From the NCBI GenBank assembly GCA_040877595.1, contig JBBDNM010000062.1, forward strand, positions 10,911 to 74,910: a stretch of 64,000 nt of DNA, given 5' to 3'. Positions 1 to 9,000 of the stretch are shown in pieces. Position 1 is the stretch's first letter. Each line of letters starts with the position of its first letter. The DNA is from Gemmatimonadales bacterium. Its GTDB lineage: Bacteria; Gemmatimonadota; Gemmatimonadetes; Gemmatimonadales; GWC2-71-9. The notes beneath the pieces were generated by a model. That model made no database searches. It worked only from the letters and a program-made list of their open reading frames with translations, and had not been told where the DNA came from. The position numbers and the translations under genes were made by a program.

Positions 1-3000
1 GGGTCGTCCATCAGGTAGTCCACCGTGTCGCCGCGGAAGACGGTGGTGTGGCCGCCGCTTGGAGCGAAGGAGCGCGTGTTGGTGGTTGAGAACTGGCGGA
101 AGTAGGCGGCCACGCGGAGCGTCCCGCCAGTGATGGCGCTGTCGGTTGACGCTCCGGCGAAGATCACCGTATCGGCATTTATCTCCATGGCGCTGGACTG
201 GAGAAGCCGGCCGCTCTCGCGGGTCGCGAAGGTTGTCGTGTTGATGGTGCAGCTGTCACAGCGTACCAGGCCCGATCCTCCGACGTGCAGTGAAGCAACA
301 TTTGACGTTCCATTCAGGACCACACTGTCGGTCACGACCACGTTGCTGAACGGCGGACTGGTGAGCGTCATCGGCCCGGCGAGTTCGATGGTATCGGGTG
401 CAAGGGCCACGTTGCCGGAACCGCCGGCGTCGTCAAGCTCGATGTGGCTGGACACCACGGCGCGGAGCGTCGTGATCGCCGCCGTCCCCCCCCCAACGCC
501 GAGCAGGTGCAGGGTATCGCTGACGAGCGGGAACAAGCCCGTCACCTCCACATGCGCTCCGCCGCTTTCAAAGTCGGAAATGAACACCCGCGCGGCGCGC
601 ACGGGGGACGCAAGGGTAATGGAGTCCTCCGCCGGGGGATCGAAGGCGAGCGTCGCGAACCGCGAGGCGCCGGTGGCATCCGAGAACGTGAGGATGTGGT
701 TCCCGCGCGGGGACGCGCTCTGGAAGCTCACCACGTGGTCGAGCGTGGCGTGGAAGCTTGAATCCGACGCACCGCTCAGCTGGGTGAAGTCGCCGCCTAC
801 GACCATCGTGCCGTTGAGGAGCCGCCCGGCCGTCGAGCCACCGCCGAAGACGACGTTGCCGAGGACCGTGAGCGCCCCTTCGGGGAAGGCCATATGCAGG
901 GTGCCGGAATCGGCCGTGATCAGGTCTCCGTTCACCGTGACGCCAGCGAACGACCCGGTGAGGGCGAACAGGCCACCGCCGTCAATCACGAGCCGGTCCA
1001 TGCTGAAGGACGAGACCTCGTCCGCGACCACCGAGTCGCCGCGCACGATCACGGTGCGGTACGCACCGTCGGCGGGCATCAACTGGGGGCCCGCCACGCC
1101 GAGGAACACGGCGGTGTCCGGCTGGAAGATATTGCTCGACGAGGGGGTGAAGTGCAGCACGCCCTCGAGGTTCACGCGGCGCGGCCGGACGATGGCGCCC
1201 TCAAGGTTGACGCCGCTCAGAATCAAGCTGTCGCGAACAGCCAGTGCCCCAGGGCCACCAACAATCACCGGCCCACCACCGGCGGAATCCTGCACCGAGA
1301 CACGGTGGGTATAGACGTCCGACGCGAGGCTGATCGAGTCCCCCTGGTTCGCGGATCGCGTGAGCCGCACGTGGCCGAAATGCGACGCGGCGGGCCCTGG
1401 GGTCGTGAAGGAAACGATCGCGTTGGGCCGGAGAATGGTCGTGAAGCTCGAGTCCGCCGCGAAGCTCGTGCTCGAGCCCGTGTCGGTCTGCGTGAAATTG
1501 CCCAACACGTTGAGCGTGCCGGACTGCCACAGACCCGTAGCCCCGTTGAATGCGGCGTCGCCGGCAACCCGGATCGTGGCGAACGCCGCCATGATGATGT
1601 ACCCGCTTCCAGTCGTGACCAAGTTGCCGCCGACATCGATGAGGTCGGCTGTGTTGGGCGTGAACTGGCCGTCGCTGACGGTGAGGTCGCCGGCGATGCG
1701 GATCGGCGTGGTCGTGAAGTTGTTCGCTCCTCCCGTTACCTCGAGATGGTGGATCTGGCTGCCGGGGCCCATCGCGATCGATGTCGGCGCCGAGATGCTC
1801 GCGAGCTCCGTCACGTGGTTCCCGAACGCGTAGTACGCGGCCGAGTCGCCGGATACGCCGAGCGAAATGCTCGTCCCCGTACTGACGACCCGGCCGGACG
1901 TCAGCAGCCCGTTGGTGGAGCCGCCGCCGAAACTCAGGTTGCCGGCCAGCAGGCTGTCGCTCGCCTGCATGATGAACGTCCCGGTCCCGCGCGTCAGGAA
2001 GGTCCCGGTGGAGACATCGAACGTGGCGCCGTTCAGGTCGAGGTATCCGGCGGACACGACAGCAGAGTCGGTGACGGTGGTCCGCCCGCCCAGCACGATG
2101 CTGTCCTGGATCTCTAGGTTGACGACGGTGCCCTGGAGCACCTCCCCGCCGGCCGATCCTGTCATGATGACCCGGCCCGTGGAGCCGGTGACGCCGCCGC
2201 CGCCCGCGGCAACGTCGGTCGGCACCGTGATGTCGGACGTGCCGATGTTCAGGGTCCCCGACGGGTCGACCGTCAGGCCCGCGCCAATGGTGAGGTTGCC
2301 CGGCAGGGACGCGGTGCCATTCACGGTGAGCGCCTGATAGGGCAGGCCCAGGGGAATGGTCTGCGTCGCCCCGGCAAAGATTGTGTTGGCCACGTCATAG
2401 TCGCCCGATACGGACAGGGAGCCGCCGACCGTGAGCGCCGAGACCGAAAGACCGCTGCCCGAACCGGCGGTGACGTTTCCGAGCACCCCAAGCACGCCCG
2501 GGCTACCCACGCGGGCGTTGGCGCTCACGACCAGCGAACTGTCGAGCCAGGCGGTGCTCGTGAAATGCGTGCTGTCGGCCGACAGGCTCAGGTGGCCGAA
2601 TCCGGACGAGTCGGTCGTGGTGCCCGGCGTGTCGAAGTGCACCGTGGCGAGCGTGGGGTTGTCCAGGGTCGTCCGATGCGTGCCGCTGGCCCGGAACGCG
2701 TTGGACGTGCCCGTCTGCGTGAAATCCCCGCCGATGCTGAGGTCGCCGGCGGTGAGCCGGCCCGCCGTGCTGCCGCCGGCCATGGTCACCGAGCCGTCCA
2801 CGCGCAGCACCGTGCCGACCGTCTGCGTCAGCGTCCCGCCCGTCTGCGTGGCCAGGTTGCCGGTCACCGTGACGCTGGCGTTGACCTCGAGGTCAGCACC
2901 GGCACCCGCAATCGTCAGGTCGCCGTTTACCGTGATGCCGCCGGTCGCCTGGCGCGCGCCGGTGATGAGCAGACTCGGGAGGACGCCCTTGACGCCCAGC

Positions 3001-6000
3001 GGACCCGTGCCGCCGAGTTCGAGCACCCCGGGACCGGCGATGCTCGAGATGCCGCCGTCCACGACGCCCAGGCTCGTGAGCGTCACGGCGTCGGCGATGG
3101 TGAGCGACGCGCCGATCTCGACGATCAGGTCGCCCACGGTGGCAAGCGCGCCCACGGTGGGATAGTTCGGCGCGGACCACGGCACGAACACGTTGTCGCC
3201 GCTGGTCGGCGCGGTGCCGTCGTCCCAGTTGGCAGGGTTCGCCCAGTCGCCGTCGGCCGCGGCGGCCGTCCACAGGTCGGTCATGCCGGTGGGTGTGATG
3301 ATGAACTCCCCGCTCACCGCGCTGTCGAGGCCGGCGGTGACCACGCGCACGGTCACCCCGCTCACGAACCGGTCCACGCTCAGATCATTGAACGTGGCGA
3401 CGCCGTCCACCACCGTGACCGTCTTGGTGCCGGACAGGACCGGCGGGCAGATCTGGCAGAGGACCGGACCTTGCGGCAGGTTCGGGAACTCGATCGAGAT
3501 CTGCGTGGTATCGTCGCTGGTCACCGTGTTGCCGGACGCGTCCTTGAGGGCGACCTGGATCGCGCTCAGGGTCTGCGTTTCGGGCGCGTTGGCGGGCTGA
3601 ACCGTGAACTCCATGCTCGACGCCACGGAACTGCCCGCCAGGACGAGCAACGTGTCCGGGCCGCCGGCCACGATCACCGTCAGCGTGTCCAGCGCGATCC
3701 CCTCGATGGCGGGCAGGAGCACGTTGCCGAACGCGCCCACCGTGCTGTCCGCCACGAGGACGGCGAGACGGTCGCCGACCGTCGGCGTGTAGAACAGCTG
3801 GACGTCGAGCGTGCCGCCCCGCGTAAGAACGCCGTCCACCACCAGTTGGTCGTGGCCGCTCACCGGCACAGGGCCGCTCGCCTCGGCCAGCAGGATCACG
3901 CTGGCGTCGAACACCACGTCGCCCACCATCGTGAGCCGGCCGGGTGAGGCGCCCGGATCGATCGTGCCGAACAGCGTGTCCGGATCAATGGCGAGCAGGT
4001 TGAGCGTGCCGTCACCCTCGAGCCGGGACCCCGCACTTGGCGTAAACGGATCCCGGTCGAGCGTGGTGGTGCCGGTGTCGGCCCGGAGGACGCCGTTCTG
4101 TATCAGCCCCACGTCAAACCGATTGCCGTTGCCGACCCCCGCCAGGCTCCAGAGCAGGCCGTCGTTGACGAACAGCTTGTTGACGGACGTCGTGCCCCAG
4201 TCCACGTCGGCGCTGCCCTGCATCAGCCAAGTGGCCCCGACCTCGTTGAGGATGGTGGTTGGGTTGGAGCCCTCGAGGCGCACGACCCCGCCGTCCGGGA
4301 TGCGGAACACGCCCTGGTTACGGAACGTGCGCTGGTTGATGGTCCGGATGTTGGTGCTCGGCACGATCGCCGTAGCGGTTGCCGCGATGTAGGTCGTCCC
4401 GATACCAGCGTGGGTGCCGGCGGTCCAATGGAGCGAGTCCCGCACCGTGAAGGCGCCATCGCCGGTCACCGTGCCGCTGCTGTGATGGAATCGCGGCACG
4501 ACGATCGAGTCGCCCGCCGCCGCCGTCAGGGTGCCGTTGACCAGCTCGAGGATGCCGCTGTTCGGGAACGCGACGTCGCCCCCAAACCCAAACGCCGTGC
4601 CCGAGACGCCATCGAAGCGTACCCGGCCGGCGGGATCGATGTCCACCGTGCCCCCCAGCGTGCCGCCTCCGTCCAGGGTGAGGGCGAACGGGCCGACGTC
4701 CAGCAGGCCGGTCTGGGTGAACGCCACGTCAATGACGCCACCGCTATCTGCCCGGACCGTCCCGTCGTTCACGAGCGCCTTGCCGGTCGGCGTGGTGCCC
4801 CAGTCCATGGTCCGGGTGCCGAGGAACTCGATGGTCCCGGTGTTGACCACGCTCGTGGGGTTGCTGCCTTCCAGCCGCCAGATGCCCGTCACGAGCTGTA
4901 CCAGGCCGGCATTGCGGAACGTGCGCTGGCTCAGGACCTTGGTGTTGCCTGACGTCATCAGCGTCGTCGCGGTCGCCGAGAGGTAAGTGGTGCCGGGGCC
5001 GGTCTGCGTGCCGCTGCTCCAGAGGAGCGAGTCGGTCACGGTCAGGGCGCCGTCACCGGCCACTGTGCCGCCCGATTGCGCGAAGCGGGGCAGCACGATG
5101 GAGTCGCCGGCGGCGATGGTGATCGTATTGTTGATCAGCTCGACCCGGCCGGTGTTGGGGAACCGGAAATCGCTGGCAAAGACGACCGAGACATTCTGGA
5201 TGCGGAGCGCGCCCGCGGGGTCCACGTCCACCGTGTCGCCCAGCGTCGCGCCTTCATCCAGAATCAGCGTCGCCGGCCCCACCGTGAGCTGGCCGTTCTG
5301 CGTGAACGGCACGTCGATCGTGCCGCCGCTCAACGCGAGCAGGACGCCGTCGTTCTGGAGCAGCTTGCCGGTGGGCGTGGTGCCCAAGTCCATGGTGCGG
5401 GCGCCCACGAACTCGATGGTCCCGCTGTTCAGCACCGCGGTCGGATTGCTGCCGTCGAGCCGCCAGATGCCGTTCTCGAGGCGCACCAGCCCCGCATTCG
5501 CGAACGTGCGCTGATTCTGCAACTTGGTTGCCGTGCTCGTCAGCACCGCCGTCGCCCCCACCGGGATGTAGGTCGTGCCGGTGCCGGCGTGCGTACCGGC
5601 GCTCCAGAGCAGCGAATCGGTCACGGTGAGCCAGCCGTCGCCCGTCAGCGTCCCGCTGGTGTGCGCAAAGCGCGGCAGCACGATCGAATCCCCGGCCACC
5701 ACCGTCAGCGTCGTGCCCACGAGCTCGATCCGTCCCGTGTTCGGGAACGAGAAGTCGCTCGCGAACGCGACCGGCACGCTCTGGAAGCGGAGCACGCCGG
5801 CGGGGTCGACGTCCACGGTGTCGCCCAGGGTGGCCCCTTCGAGGAGGTCGAGCACCGCGGGCCCCACCGTGAGCTGGCCGTTCTGCGTGAAAGGCACGTC
5901 GATCGTGCCGCCGTCGGCGGCCAGCAGCACGCCGTCGTTCACCAGTGCCTTGCCAGTCGGCGTAGTGCCAAACTCGATCGTCCGGGCCCCCACCAACTCC

Positions 6001-9000
6001 AAGGTCCCGAGGTTCAGCAGGGTCGTGGGGTTGCTGCCGTCCAGCCGCCAGACGCCATTGTCGAGCTGGATCAGGCCGGCATTGTGGACCGTCCGCTGGT
6101 TCTGGAACTTGGTTGCCGTGCTCGTCAGCACCGCCGTGGCCCCCACCGGGATGTAGGTCGTGCCGGTGCCAGCGTGCGTACCGGCGCTCCAGAGCAGCGA
6201 ATCGGTGACGGTGAGCCAGCCGCCACCGGTCAGCGTGCCGCTCGTGTGGATGAACCGCGGCAACACGATCGAGTCGCCGGCCGCCACCGTGAGTGTCGTG
6301 CCCACGAGTTCGATCCGTCCCGTGTTCGGGAAGGAGAAGTCGCTGGCAAAGGTGACCGGCACGCTCTGGAAGCGGAGCACGCTGGCCGGGTCCACATCCA
6401 CCGTGCCGCCGAGGGTTCCGCCGCCCATGATGACCAGGGGGCCGCCCGCCGCCACGGTCACCGTCCCCTGCTGGGTCCAGCTGACCTCAATCGAGTCCGA
6501 CTCGGCGAGCAGGAGCCCGTTGTTGACGAAGCTCTTGCCCGCGTTCGTGCTGCCCCAGGTGATCCGGCGCCCGCCCACTGGGTCAATCGTCCCTCCCGTC
6601 TCGTTCACGATCTGGGTCGGATTGCTGCCCGTGAGCTGCCACCAGCCGCCATCCCACACTACGGTCCCAAAGTTCCGGAACGTCCGCGTGTCGAGAACCT
6701 TCGTGCTGCCGCCGGTGAAATGTGCCGTGGCGCTGGAAGCGAGAATCGTGGTTCCGGTGCCGCGCTGGGTTCCGGCACTCCAGGTCATCGTGTCTGTGAC
6801 CGTCAGCGTGCCATCGCCCTCGACGGACCCGCCCGACTGCACAAACTCGGATGCGGTGAGCGGACGGCCGACCTGAAGAATGCCTCCCAGCTGCGCGAGG
6901 CGGAGCAATGCCAGCGAGTCCCCGGCGGGGATGGTGAAGGTCGAGCTCACGAGCTCGACGAGGCCGGTGCCGGGGTAAGTGAACGTCCCATCCAGCGTGA
7001 CCGGTCCGTCCTGGATCCGGAGGATGGCCGTATCCGCCACGTCCACCGTGCCGCCCAGCGTGCCGCCTTCCTGAATCACGAACCGCCCTGCTTCGACCGA
7101 CACCGTGCCGGCCTGCGTGAACACCACGTCCACGGAGTCGTTCGAGCCCAGCAGGGTCCCATCGTTCACAAAGCTCTTGCCCGTCGGCGTGCTGCCCCAG
7201 GTGATCCGGCGCCCGCCCACCGCGTCAATCGTCGCCCCCGTCTCGTTCACGATCTGGGTCGGGTTGCTGCCTGTGAGCTGCCACCAGCCGCCGTCCCACA
7301 CGACGGTCCCGAAGTTCCGGAACGTCCGCGTGCTGAGGGCCTTGGTGCTGGTGCTCGTGAGATAGGCCACTGCCCCCCCCGACACCTGGGTGGTGCCAGA
7401 GCCGCTCTGCGTTCCGGCGCTCCAGATCAGGGAGTCCGTTACCGTAAGGGTCCCGCTTCCCTGGAAGATCCCGCCCGACTGGGCGAAGCGGGCCACCGTC
7501 AGGGTGCCGTCCCCCTCGAGGGTTCCGCCCGACTGAATGAAGCGTGAGAACGCCAGGGAATCGCCGCTCGGGAGCGTGAGGGTAGAGTTCAGAAGCTCAA
7601 CCCGTCCCGCGCCCGGGTATTCGAAGGTGGCTTCGACGGTGACGGGGGCATCCTGGACCCGGAGGGCCGCGGAATCCACGACGTCCACCGTGCCACGCAG
7701 CGTGCCACCCTCCTGAATCACGAACAGGCCTGACGCCACCGAGACCGTGCCGTTGTGGGTGAACAGTACGTCCACCGAATCGCCTGCCCCCAGCAGGGTC
7801 CCGTCGTTCACGAACGACTTGCCCGCGTTCGTGGTGCCCCAAGTCAGCCGCCGGCCGCCCACGGCGTCGATCGTGGCCCCCGCCTCGTTGACCACCTGGG
7901 TCGGATTGCTGCCCGTGAGCTGCCACCAGCCGCCGTCCCACACGACGGTCCCGAAGTTCCGGAACGTCCGCGTGTTGAGGGCCTTGGTGGCCGTTCCAGT
8001 AAGCGTCGCCGAATTGGTGGACGTCACGAGGGTGACACCGGTGCCGCTCATGGTGCCGCCCGACCAGAGCAGGTCGCCGTCGATCGTGATCGTGGCCGGT
8101 CCAGTGAGGGTGCCCGACGACAACGCCAAGGTGGTGGTCGGGCCGAAGAGGCCCGCCGTATCGACCGTGAGGGTGCCGCCCTCGATGCTCACCGTAGCGC
8201 TGGATCCTACCTCAAGCACCGCGGCCGCGGCCGAGACGCCGGACCCGACCGTGACGACATAACTGCCGCTCGCGATGATGCGTACCGTGTCGAGTGCCGT
8301 AGGCACAAGACCCGTGTTCCAGCGGGCCGGATCGTTCCAACTGCCGCTCACCGGCTCCGCCCAGAACGCCCCGGTCGGCGGGAACGTGATGTCGAACGTG
8401 GCGCTCGTATCGGGCGCGAGACCAACGGCCGTCGCCACCAGCTGGTACCCACCGCCGGCGTTGTCCACGCTCAGGTCGTCAAAGGCCGCCTGGCCACTCA
8501 CGGCAAGCACCCCGAGGGTACCGGACAGGATCCCGCCGGCGCCGGCGGTATCGAGCAGGCTGATGGTGATACTGTCGGTGGCCGTCGTCAGCAGTTGGCC
8601 GAGGGCGTCACGCACCGTCACGGTGATGACCGGCGCGATCGTGACACCCAACAGCGCGGTGGTCGGCTGCCCATCAAACGCGAGCCTGGCCGCGACCTGA
8701 TTGATCACCACCTGCGCCGTGTCGGTAATCGTGTCGGAGGCGGCCTCAACCAGTGCCACGCCATTGGCGAGCGCGGTGACGAGGCCGTTTGCATCCACGC
8801 TGGCAAGGGCCGGCGACAGCGACGTCCACGTGATGGTGGCGCCCGGCACCACGGTCGCGCTCAGGTCGAACGCGGTGGCCGCAAGGCGCACCGTGTCGGT
8901 GAGAGACGCCAGGTCGGTGCTGTCGGGCGTAATGACCACGCTGGCGACCGTCTGGCCGACGGTCAGCGTGGCGGTGTCGGCCACGCCGTGTGCGGTCGCA

